The position numbers and the translations under genes were made by a program. A model generated the notes under the pieces. That model saw only the letters and a program-made list of their open reading frames with translations. It ran no database searches and was not told the origin of the DNA. A stretch of 63,586 bases of DNA, the filler included, from Craspedostauros australis (Eukaryota), in the NCBI GenBank assembly GCA_030167865.1. It is 7 parts of 7 records of this genome, joined end to end, with 100 filler letters (N's around TTAATTAATTAA, not from the genome) between each part and the next. Parts side by side here need not be neighbours in the genome. Positions count along the whole stretch, not along the records: positions 43,135 to 55,874 come from JALAGF010005433.1; positions 55,975 to 61,710 come from JALAGF010005435.1; 5 more parts are not named here. One strand, written 5' to 3'. Of the stretch, positions 49,701 through 61,810 are shown piece by piece; position 1 is the stretch's first letter, and each line of letters starts with the position of its first letter.

Positions 49701-52061
49701 CACGCAGCAGATCAGATCAGATCGCATCGCCTGTCATGTTGTGGCATGACGCCAGTACCGACACTTACCTCCTGACAGCTGGGCACCCTTATCACCAACC
49801 TGGGTATCGTAGGCATCGGGGAATGAGGAGATGAAATCGTGGGCGTTGGCCAGTTTGGCGGCTTCCTCGATTTCCGCCTGCGTGGCAGATGGACGTCCGT
49901 AGCGGATGTTCTGCGCGATGGTGGTTGCGAACAAGGTCGGTTCCTGTCCGACGTAGCCGATCATGCTTCTGAGGTACTTGACGTTGAAGTCCTTGATGTT
50001 GGTTCCATCGAGCATGACGCTTCCCTCGGTGGGGTCGTAAAAGCGTTCGAGGAGCTTGACGCAGGTGGATTTACCGGAACCGCTGGATCCGACAAAGGCA
50101 ACTGTCTTTCCGGCTTCGACGTCGATGGTGAAGTCATTGAGGATGGTATCGCCTGGGCGTGTGGGGTACGCGAACTTGATGTTTTGGAAGCTGAGCTCTC
50201 CCTTGACAGTTTCCGGCTTGAGTCCTTCCTCGGAGGCTGCGTTGATCTCGTACTTCGGAAGGATGGCCTTGATGCGGCCCTCCGCAGTTTCGATGCCGCC
50301 CGCGGTGCTGTGACCAGTCCTTCCAAGTTCTTCCTCCTCCTCTTCTTGCGTGTAGTAGATGATCTGCTCCGGAGATCCGGGAGCACGACGGATGGCCTGC
50401 AGGGCGGAGTAGACCGCCACTCTGGCTGCGGTGAATGCCTCCAGGAAGTTTCCAACTTGGGATGCACCCTGCGCTGCGAAGGCGATTCCAAGCATGGCTC
50501 CGAAGACATCGGATCCCTTGTTGTCACATTCGGGGTTGACTTCGTGAGCGGCGCTGGGATCGCATCCAGTGTCACGCACGTCCTCGTAGAGAAGGTAGGA
50601 ACCGTACAGGCACAGGACGCAGTAGAGGCAGATGAAAGATCCAAGCATGGCACCTGTGGAAAACAAAAGAGGGTGATGTCGCAGTGGCAGGAATCATAGT
50701 GCAGCAAAGAAAATTGCGCGCGATCGATCGACGTGTGTGGGTGGTTGGAGTGAGTGTGATGTGATGTGAGAAGAACATATGATACGAAACATGATTCATT
50801 CAAGTGCAGGTGCGTGACGGAATTTGGTTCGTTGCGACGCCGAACAGAACAATCGACCATGGTGTGTGTCGATGGCGTGGCGTTCGCATTGCTCATTCCG
50901 CATTGCTGGGTTCGATCCGCGCGGAGGATGCATGAACTCACCGTTGAAGAAGCCTTGGCCGATGAGAATGCCCGTCGAGTCGGCAAAGGCAATCTGCGTG
51001 GCCTCCTTGTACTGATCGATCATGGTCTGCACCGCATTGAGGGAGAGGACGGTCCGGATCGAGGACACGGAGGAGTAGGCCACGCTTCCAGCGCGGCTGT
51101 ATGCGCTGGCACCGCGAGAAGTCTTGGTCTGGTTGTACTTGACGACCATGACTGCGGAGAAGCTGATCATGGGCATGATGGCAAAGACGACCAGGGCAAC
51201 CCTCCAGCTGGCGAAGAGGGCGTAGCCGATTCCACCGATGCCGGTCGTGAGGAACTGGATGCCCTCGCCGAATTTGCGTCCCATGCCGCGACGGAATCGG
51301 TTGCAGGATGGTCCGATGGCGGAAGAGAGGCCGCTGACGTCGTTGACGTCGAAGTAGGCGGTGTCTTGGCGCAGCAGCGCCTTGAACCACTGGACGCGGA
51401 GAGTGCGAGATGCCCGGTTGGCGGCAACCTCGAAGCAGCCCGTCTGGATGGTCGCCATGACGAGGGCGTAAACTCCAACGACCATGAATGTGTAGGCCAA
51501 TTCGCGGACCTGTTTGAGGCCTTGGTTGCTGGCGCCAGCGATGTCAGTGAAGGACGTGCTGAAGAGGTAGGCCAGGGCTGGGTAAACCAGACCATTTCCG
51601 ATGGCACCGAAGAAGCCGACGAAGAAGAGGATGGTCGCCGAGGAGCCAGATTGGAAGACGAAGGAGAACGTCTCCGAGACGGTGGCCTGGGATTCTGTCT
51701 TGGCCTTCTTCTTGTCGCTTCCGCCCTCGGTCTTGCCATCCGAATCATTGTCGCCGGCTGCAGCCGCGGACTTGGTCTGTGGCGTTTCTTCGTCCGCCTT
51801 TTCCTTGGGCTTTTCTTCTTCTTCTGCCTTGTCCTGTGGCTTTTCTTCTTCTTGTGCCTTGGGCGTGTCGTCTTCCTCCTCGTTCTCGTTCTCGTCCGCC
51901 TTTGGCTTGTCGTCCTCTTCCTCTTCCTCAGCCTTGGGTTCTTCGTCAGGCTTGGGGTCTTCATTGGACTCGTTCTGCGGCGTTTCCTCGTCTGCCTCGG
52001 CCTTGGGCTCTTCGGCCGCCGCGGGCGTTTCCGCAGCCGTTGCCTTGTCGTCGTCCGCCAT
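46792..52061 (-). CDS. ABCB (MDR/P-glycoprotein-type) full transporter, 4 exons (52061-50942, 50653-49769, 49502-48869, 48592-46792), 1479 aa
   Basis: Three GT-AG introns give a 4440-nt frame. NBD1: [33 protein letters not shown]2: [30 protein letters not shown]. Two ABC_membrane domains ([20 protein letters not shown]). Confidence 0.95.
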
Positions 52062-53367
52062 GGTCGTTCTTGCGATGGTGTTGTTGTTGTTGATCGTGAT
52101 TGTTTGTTTTATGTGGAATGTTCACCGTTGTGATGTGAGCAACGCTGTTGGATCCAATTTCGTGGCAACTGTCGTTGAGCTGTTGGTGGTGGTGTTGGTG
52201 ATGTCGATGGTGACAGCGTCAATGTCCCTGCCGGTGTGAATGTGACCGATGTTCCTTGAAGAGCTTTTAATCTGCGCAAAATGAGCAATGACCACTTGCC
52301 CAGACTGCTGGAGAGGCGACTCTGACGCGAAGATCCAACTCTCGGGAGGAAGTACTTGCAGGAAGCACTTGTGGAGTATCACAAGGTTGAGGTTGAGGTC
52401 TGCAGGGAGGCGCGGTAATCCCCATCATTAGTGCATCAGAAAAGTACTTTTTCATACAAAAACGGTGTTCTCCACCTCATTTCATGTGTTTTTACGCGCG
52501 AATTCCGATACTTTAACGAACCACATTCTCTTGGAGTCAAAATGACGCTGGTGTGTCGCCATCGTGCTTCAGCTTGTTCATCGCATGCCACTTACTGTGT
52601 TGCCACCGCGTCGCCATGGGTGTTCCATTCTTCCTCGGGTCTTCCGTTTGTCTCCGCCAATGAGGTCGGAATGGTTGCAGGTGCCACCTCCCTTTCATTG
52701 CACGAACAGATGCCGAGACTCAATCATCATGCCGTGGTCATCTTAGTGCAACCCACGCACAGCTCCTCCTCCCCTGCGTGGTCGGCGTGACTGATCGGCC
52801 ACATTTTCCGTCGAACGGAGACACACGACAGGCAGCTGCACACACTTGTCGTTTGTTCTGCATCATCCCTCCTTCCACCCTTTCGTCTTGCCCTTCCGCT
52901 CTTTCGTCTCCGCCTTCTGACTCGCAGTGGTCGCACAATCGGTCGTCTCTGTTCCCGTCATTCCCGACCTTCCAGCGTGGGGGTCTGTTCTGCCAACCGG
53001 CGTCGTGTCCCTCATGCTTCCAACACACTTAATCGCAACATGGACACAACACACACGATAGCCCAACGTTGTTTGTGCCTTCTCGACCGCCGGTGTTTCC
53101 TGTTCATCGCACCTCCCCAACAAACATTGTTATGCCCCCCATTTCGTTCCAACACACACAACAAAGCCACTTCGGTGTATTCCTTGCCTGTTCGAGGAAG
53201 TTTTGCCCATTGACATGACAAACAAGCGTTTGTAGAGACGGAACTTAATCGAACAGGTTAGCACTCTCCTCTATCCCATTCGTGTGGTGCCAACTCGCGG
53301 AGACATTCAATTTTTAGACTGCTACATTCCATACGACACGTGTGTTTAATTTAATGAAATGTACAGT

Positions 53368-55618
53368 TTAGTCGTGACCCATTCGCTGTCGGGCTGTGGT
53401 CAGCGCCTTGTCGGCGTCGAACGCTGGATAGCCATTAGAGAGCTCGATTTGGGTGATGACCGCCACCGCATGAAAGGCTGTGTGATGCTTGTCCACGTGG
53501 TGACGCCACTTCTGCCCCAAACAGCCCCACTGCTTCAACCTGCCGTTAATTGTTTCATGACGAGCACGAAGAATGCCATCCGCTCTGTATGTCGGAGGAA
53601 ATACTTTGTCATCTCCTCTGTAGCCGTTATCAGCAATCACGACCTCGTCTGCGCGAATTGCTTGCTTGAGGGCAGACCGGAAGATGGACAGGTCATTCAT
53701 GTATCCACACGGAAAGGGGCCATTCACCCAAACAATGTCTCCTCTACTGATGGAAACAGCCACTTCATACCTAACACCAGCAGCTTTGAACTTGTGCGAG
53801 AACCACACCCTGTTGAACGGTTTGGGGTCGTTAGTGCGAAAGTCAGTGCCGTCCACAGTTAAGAAAGCGCTGCCATCTCTGTCTGCATCAATAAAGCGAT
53901 TGTCTAGGTCGATCTGTAGGCAAGCAAGATGGATACAATCAGTCACGAATGGAAATTGTGAGTGAGTCGTNNNNNNNNNNNNNNNNNNNNNNNNNNNNNN
54001 NNNNNNNNNNNNNNNNNNNNAAGCGATTGTCTAGGTCGATCTGTAGGCAAGCAAGATGGATACAATCAGTCACGAATGGAAATTGTGAGTGAGTCGTGGT
54101 AGGTGAAAAAAGAGAGTTCGCAATTTTTGGGGGGGTTCTCATGTGCTGTACTTACGATGTCATGACGCAACTCGGCAACCGCTCGGGCCATGACCCACGC
54201 CCACTTGCGGAAAGTTTTCGCGCTGACGTCCATCATCCGCGCAACCACTAGAGGCCTATCGCATTTCACATTGGGAGTCCCACGGTACAAAATAACCTGA
54301 TAATGACATTTTTAGAGGGGCAACATGCGAACTTCCCCCTCGGAAAGTGAAACTCGATTGCGTTTTAGGAGCCAAAAACACAATTGAGTTTCACATCGCA
54401 GTCCCGGCAAGTCAACCTTCCACGTGTTGGAACGAAACCAATGGCCAATCATTTCTCTTCATTTGCAGCAATGTTGAGTCGTCCTTGTCGTGCGGATGAT
54501 AGTTGTCATGAGATGCTAGTGATGATGAAACTAGCATTCCGAATGAGGGGTGCATGGAGCGATAGAGAGCGATTACGATGTCGAATATGCCTGTAAGCTT
54601 CACATATGATATCTGCGCGCAATTATAAAAGGACCCCTTCATGATCCAGCTGAGTAGTCTTTGCTCATATCCTATTTCACCCGATACAACATCCGCGGCG
54701 TGTTCCTGATGCTCTGAGGACTAGTGTAGTCAGATACGACCAGGGACTTCGACCAACGCGCATTTTGCATCTTTTGGAGATCCTGACTGTCATATCGGAA
54801 GTTGTTGTTGGTCTCCAACCAACCCAACGTGCAATGGCAATAGTTCTGTGTAGACTGCATAGAGATCTTCTATTGGACAACAAACTGCTGATCTATCTCC
54901 ATGATACGGTGATCAAGAGGTCTCTGTCGTCGATATTGGCAACATAGCCTTGAACAAGCTATGAATCAGCAGGGACAAAGTGCTTGCGCATATGTTACCG
55001 GACCTCTGTTAGTGGCAAAGTTGAGACAGAAGAGATGGCAGCAAAACTCTCACAACACGAAGCTCCTAAGAGGATAAAGAGGGATGGGCGTTGCGTTCAA
55101 CTCAGAGCACATCCATTAACGATCCTATCAACCTTTGGTCTCAACAAGTGATGCGATAACATGCAACGAAGCATTCAGATCAGAGCAGTCTAAACTTGCA
55201 CTCTATTCTACAGAAGAGAAGCCAATGCAGTCATGTTGGTCGTCTTTCTGTGTAGGTCACGAACTAGTCACGAGTACCAATGTGAAATCCGAACGTGAGT
55301 GCCACATGTGACATGAACACAGGGGTGTGAATGTGAAATGCGATAGGCCTCTACTGTCTCCGCCAAATACATTCGGAGGAACGCGCACATCCAAAGGAGG
55401 TGTTTCGGCTTCGCATCGAAGGGGAGAAGACCTGTGCCAATCAGGTCTTCCCAGAGCAGGTGAGTGATCGATGGATCCGTGCCGAACATTCCACGAAACT
55501 CTCGCAGCTGTGAGTCGTTCAGCTTGTTGGCATCATGACGGTCCATGTCGCGTCCCATCAACAAAAAGCCTTCCACTGCGAATTCACCTGCGCAGCTGCC
55601 CTGCGACACGACATCCAT
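53368..55618 (-). pseudogene. PIF/Harbinger-ISL2EU-like (DDE_Tnp_4) transposase, spliced and interrupted by a MITE
   Basis: Pieces 55618-55352 (FRGMFG..KHLLW), 54248-54156 (KTFRKW) and, after a GTAAGT..CAG intron, 53913-53368 (VDGTD, SHKF, NDLSIF, IADNGYRG, RARHETINGRLK). Confidence 0.85.
54251..55351. mobile_element. Non-autonomous TIR element (MITE), 1101 bp, perfect 22-bp TIR, TA TSD
   Basis: GAGGCCTATCGCATTTCACATT at 54251-54272 and its exact reverse complement at 55330-55351. TA flanks at 54249-54250 and 55352-55353. No long ORF. Confidence 0.92.
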
Positions 55619-55974
55619 GTCTGTGAGTTTTGTGTTGGCGCTGCTTCGACTACGTGGAGTAAAAGTTGGTGCGGGATTGTTGCAAGACAGCGTTTTGTGT
55701 GATGACAGCGAGAACGGCGAGTCCAATGGTCGTGAAGGAAGTGCCTGGGCTCCATCTCGTTGTCGCCAGCGTTGTACGCTGTCGACTACAACATAGTCTA
55801 CAAATTAGCTCCTCCAGTTCGTGCCAACTAGTAGCATGTCGGTGTGGCATGCTCTGTACAAGTAGTGCTTCAGCNNNNNNNNNNNNNNNNNNNNNNNNNN
55901 NNNNNNNNNNNNNNNNNNTTAATTAATTAANNNNNNNNNNNNNNNNNNNNNNNNNNNNNNNNNNNNNNNNNNNN

Positions 55975-58900
55975 TTGCGGGGTTACTACGACATCTTGAG
56001 CAACGGCAAAGTCATCCCATCCCGAGTTCTCCAGTATCGCGTGCGTGCCTGTGATCTCTCTGGTGTGGTGTCCTTCCTCATGACCACTACTACATACAAG
56101 GCGGGGCTGAGTCACACGGTACAGTATGGGGGGGTTGAATTCGAAAATGTCCCGGTGTTCGATCGAGGTGGCACGACCATCCGAGAATTATTTGGCATGT
56201 ACTCGTCCACTACAAACAGCCCAGTGGGAAGNNNNNNNNNNNNNNNNNNNNNNNNNNNNNNNNNNNNNNNNNNNNNNNNNNNNNNNGGGCTTTCTTCCTT
56301 TGAGAGTTACTTCTGGATGGCAACAGAGAAACTCAAACAGGCAATTTCGCGCCTAGTCGAGCTGCTGGAGGCTAAGTATGAAGCGAGCGGAGCGGAGAAA
56401 AACGATGCAGCTGTGGATGCCAATGACGGGATCCGCCACGACAACGATAACCCCCATGACATCATCTCACCACATTTGCGCACAGCAGAGTCTCTGTTGC
56501 ACGAACTCGAACTGCTTGTTGTGTTCGTCAAATGGGAATTCACCGNNNNNNNNNNNNNNNNNNNNNNNNNNNNNNNNNNNNNNNNNNNNNNNNNNCGAAC
56601 TCGAACTGCTTGTTGTGTTCGTCAAATGGGAATTCACCGCGTCACACATGCAGCTCGAGTGTGATGACCCCATGCATTCGGCCGCGTTCGCTCTCACCAC
56701 CGAAAAGGAGAAGAAGAAGGGAACAACCAACCAACGCAAACCACGCACCAACAAGCACAAATGCAAGAAGAACACTGCTGTAACAAAGGACAGTCCAACC
56801 ATCACAATTGACATTTCTTCCGCNNNNNNNNNNNNNNNNNNNNNNNNNNNNNNNNNNNNNNNNNNNNNNNNNNNNGCGATTTGTGGATGATCATTTTGTC
56901 CCATTCGTCACATTGCTTAAGGACAACGAACTCGCGGAACACAAGGACGAATTGCAATCAATGCTTGCGGCGGCCCCGGGATCCGCCAATGAAATTGTTA
57001 ACTACATGGCTCACAAAGTGCATGCCAAAGTGCAATTCAGACAAATCTCTTTTTATCAATCCCAACTCAACAACAATGACAAAAGAGCCTATGTGGTACT
57101 CGACCATAAGCAAAAAATTCTACCGACCGGCCAAGGCGAAGCCCAGCAAGAATATTGGGGGAAGANNNNNNNNNNNNNNNNNNNNNNNNNNNNNNNNNNN
57201 NNNNNNNNNNNNNNNGCGTTCGCTCTCACCACCGAAAAGGAGAAGAAGAAGGGAACAACCAACCAACGCAAACCACGCACCAACAAGCACAAATGCAAGA
57301 AGAACACTGCTGTAACAAAGGACAGTCCAACCATCACAATTGACATTTCTTCCGCTGCCGCAAACCAACAACCACGCAAAGTATGCAACCATTGTGGAGC
57401 AGCAATGCGATTTGTGGATGATCATTTTGTCCCATTCGTCACATTGCTTAAGGACAACGAACTCNNNNNNNNNNNNNNNNAATTGCAATCAATGCTTGCG
57501 GCGGCCCCGGGATTCGCCAATGAAATTGTTAACTACATGGCTCACAAAGTGCGTGCCAAAGTGCAATTCAGACAAATCGCCTTTTATCAATCCGAACTCA
57601 ACAACAATGACAAAAGAGCCTATGTGGTACTCGACCATAAGCAAAAATTCTACCAACAGGCCAAGGCGAAGCCCAGCAAGAATATTGGGGGAAGAAGAGG
57701 ATGTCACTGCTTGGGGCAATGGTCATCACGTGTCGCAATGACATTTTTACTTATCGGTTCATCGACATTGTGGTCGATGAAAGACCAACACAAGACACAC
57801 TTCAAGTTGGTGGACTGCTGGAGATNNNNNNNNNNNNNNNNNNNNNNNNNNNNNNNNNNNNNNNNNNNNNNNNNNNNNNNNNNNNNNNNNNNNNNNNNNN
57901 NNNNNNNNNNNNNNNNNNNGCGCTCATCACGTCCAAACTCAACAAGAACCTCAGGCAACGAAACGCGGCCAAAATCATCGCGTGGATCTACACAGAGGCC
58001 CAAACTGGTAAGAGCATGCTGGACACCCACTTCGCGTACATCACACATGTACTGCGAAAATACGTGCAAAGCGGACGCGACATCAAGACCCCGCTCCAAC
58101 TCTTCCATGCACTGGTAGCCGGTGACATCGCGGGAACAACAACAGTACTTGCCAACGCGGCGCTCCTGGCAGGCAACATCACGACGTTGCCTGGTGCACC
58201 AAAACGACGATTCCGCGCATCTGGACAACAGGTACGTATGACTCACGAGGTGAAGTACGACGATGACCAGGCGCGGTTGGTGGCTGCATCTGGAATCACG
58301 GAAGATGTTGTGGTGAAGAGCACCGAATGGGAGGGCTGGAGTATCAACGAGTTGGGTGTCACGGAGGACGATTGGCACATGTCCGAGAAGCTGCCGATCA
58401 CGTCCGAATCATTCAGGAAGACGGACAAGACACGCAAAATGGGGCGCACCGCGGCAGAGAGCAAGGCGCTGGTGTTCGGCAAGGCCATCCAAGACGGACA
58501 ACAACACCTGCCATCCGATCACACCACGGCGCTACAAGACCAGACGGCGGAAACAGAACACCCACCACTCGCAGTACAAGGCTGGGCGAGCAAAACTACG
58601 CGCAAACCAGCGGAACTACCAGACTACGTTGTGGCAAAATTGAAGGACATCTGTGAAGCGTCCGCGAAGGACCCGAAAAACAGACCGTCCGAACACGAAG
58701 CACACAAGAAACTGATGAAGAACGAAAAAACGAAAACTGACTGGTACGTACAACTGCACGCAAATCCCATGCGCGTAAAAGCGTCGCTGTTTGCAGCGTA
58801 CAGTGCCAAACAACGCAAAGAAAAGAAGGAGGCTGCTCTCATCAAGACAGCAACCAACACAACAAGCAAAGCAACAGCAGCATCCAGAATCGTGGCGACC

Positions 58901-60910
58901 AACAATGAATCAGCTGGAACAGAGGAGGAACAGAGGGAAGAGGAGTTGCAGAGAGAGGAAGAGTAACTGGACCATCAGATGTGGTGTGATGCTCACACCA
59001 TGAAGGCGAACAGAGAAAGTGAGGCTGTGTTGGGTGATGAGACCGAAACTCCGTGATGGGAGTGCATCACCGCGATAACACTAGTTGTGGAGTTTTGTGG
59101 GGGATGAGTCGTGATACGTAGGCTAATCTAGAGAGCATCCAAAAAACACATCCAATATCTGCTTATCATGCTATATCTCAACAACACATCGCTTACAGTT
59201 ATATCTAAAAATTGCATTCAGACGCCTGACTATAGGTTATACAGAATATCAAAGTTAAATTGACATAGAAATTGTTTTTATTGTCATGTTTGACCACCAC
59301 ACAGTTGTGTGGTGAATTCGAAAAATTCTGGATGGCACAATGTTGCCCTCCCCTCAGCACCCATGATCATCATCATCATNNNNNNNNNNNNNNNNNNNNN
59401 NNNNNNNNNNNNNNNNNNNNNNNNNNNNNNNNNNNNNNNNNNNNNNNNNNNNNNNNNNNNNNNNNNNNNNNNNNNNNNNNNNNNNNNNNNNNNNNNNNNN
59501 NNNGATTTCAAAAAACGAAGTGCAAGCCGGATGCGGTATGGATACGGATCCATATCTCATCCACAGGACCCTTTCAGCCCCTCCACGTGCCCCTCGTGCA
59601 TTCCCACACCACCTGGCGACATTCTGATGCATCCAGACTGGGCTGGGTGTGGAGGGTTCCGATGGTACGCCTCCATTTGGTGATGGCCCTGTTGGTTTTG
59701 GGTGCCCCAACAAAAATGACAGGTCTGCACTCATTCCATGCTGCAGCCTCTTCCAGACCGTTGCAGCAGCTCGAACTTCGCGACGTGCATCTTCAGNNGA
59801 TGNCGCACGGANCTTGTATGGGTGACTTGGCGATTGGGCAGCTTGATGATGCTGCCCCCTCACTGCCAAAGTCACATGGCAGGTTCGCCACGATCCGCCC
59901 AACAAAACTCTTGCCCTCCACTGCTTCCTCCGCGCGGATGCCTTCCTGGTCCTCCCCGAGCCTGAAACTTCGTTGGCATCTTGGTCTTGACCTCCTGGAG
60001 CCATCCTGCCAATCCATAGGCGATGGGGTGGGCTGTGGATGGAGTACGCCGGCCATATGCAACGAGCCAATCTGCCGCAATTTTGAGACGTTTGCGCGGA
60101 GGCCTGCGGCGGCCCCAAATCAACCGCTCTCGCAGCCTCCGCTCGTCCACCCACCAAGGGTTGCATGGCGGTGACGTCGATGTGCTTGGATTTGTCATTG
60201 GGCCGCTGGTTGGTGCGGCGCTGACGATGCCGTTGGGTGGCCATTGTGATGTTTTTTTGGTGTTCCGCCATTGTCATGTTGTTGTTTTTTGGGGTTTGCC
60301 GCCCTCGACCAGTCGTACTTGCTGGGGGCCGAGGTAATTATCAAATATTGTACTAAATGTACAAAAAGAGCATGACACAAAACACTTCGATAGTACCAAC
60401 CTCACTCAACCATTCCACCACAACAAGGCATTGGTGAGAACCTATCACATCGTGCTGTGATTGGTGGTTCATGACGCAGCAGCCAGTTTGCTGACGTCGA
60501 CGACGGATTGGACACGCACAGAGTAGATTGGATGTAAACGCGCACTCACCGCTTCTCCCAAAACTCTACAACTAGCGCTATCGTGGACAGGGTGTTGGAT
60601 GGTCTGATCGGAACGCCTGAAAAAGAGACTAAACAATTCAAAATGGGAACAACCTTGCTGAAACAAAGAACAGCAACGCGTTAACTTGGATCGATGTAGT
60701 CGTAGCCAAAAGGCTGAAACCCGAAGGAGATGGACGAATGTGCAAATCCATCGATCCATAAAAGGTAAAAATAGGAGGAACCGGAAATCGTAAATGGGTC
60801 AGTATATGTTTTAGATCTACTAGGATTATGAATATGAGCTTAGCTTTTAAATCCGGGAAAAAATATGAAATGTTGATTGCAAACAGTTGGTCGACTCGCT
60901 GATCGGGCTC
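55975..60910 (+). mobile_element. Sola3-like DNA transposon (copy C): most of the transposase (to 58966), 3' region, terminus
   Basis: Candidate DDD triad: VVLDHKQK / QSD (seen in copy E, in a gap here) / EAQTGKSMLDTHF. Ends GGTCGACTCGCTGATCGGGCTC followed by CTAT. Confidence 0.78.
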
Positions 60911-61810
60911 CTATTAGACAGCACTTACTCTCCCTAGTGGCTATTGGCTAATTTCCGGTTTTTTGGTAATTATTGGTAACCATTGGCATATCGCCGACGG
61001 CACAAGCAACCATTCGATGAGTTGATGGCCGTTGACCGANATCTTTGCATNATTAGAAAGAGGAGAGTGAGAGCTCTCTGTTGATGTGTTCATTGTTGGC
61101 AAACGGTCTCCGCTTGCTGTTCATCTTGATGCCTCTTTTTACCCTTTATCGGCCTTTTTCATACGGACGACGTACGGACGTGATTTCGGAATTTTTTCGT
61201 TGGTAACCATTGGTAACCACGTAGAGCCTACGACGTTCTGGTACAGAAATTTGTTGCGTTTTGGTCCAATAGCGACCGACTGTCTTCCAAAGACCCGCAT
61301 CCAAATCTGCTTCGTCAATTGCTCAAGTGAATGGCATGGTTGTATTTGTCGCTTCATTCTGCTTCAGGTGGTGTGCTGGTCAGCGGTCCAGGATGCCTTT
61401 GTGTGTTGCTTTGGGTGTTTGAAGTTAGTCACTAATGCTCGTGACAGCCATGATCATCAANNNNNNNNNNNNNNNNNNNNNNNNNNNNNNNNNNNNNNNN
61501 NNNNNNNNNNTGTTCGCAGGAGTCTCTTTACTTTATGCAAGGTTGTGCATCGCCCTGACGTCGGATCATCGTTCCGTTGCTTTCAGGTGACGCAAAATCC
61601 TCTCTTGCACCTGCCCATGTAGTCTCGGTCTTCGAATCTCACTTCCTCCAAAGATATACCAATTGCAAGTTTTTCGTCACTTTATCGTGTACTATCCTCG
61701 CGAGGAAACANNNNNNNNNNNNNNNNNNNNNNNNNNNNNNNNNNNNNNNNNNNNTTAATTAATTAANNNNNNNNNNNNNNNNNNNNNNNNNNNNNNNNNN
61801 NNNNNNNNNN

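Noticed and set aside
58967..60910. Fanzor/TnpB-type nuclease with guide RNA as transposon cargo
   Set aside because: No RuvC D-E-D motifs or paired CxxC finger are visible in any frame of the three copies (gaps limit certainty).
60911..61710. Possible LTR starting TATTAG after the Sola-like terminus
   Set aside because: No second end, TSD or second copy in the window, so not called as a feature.
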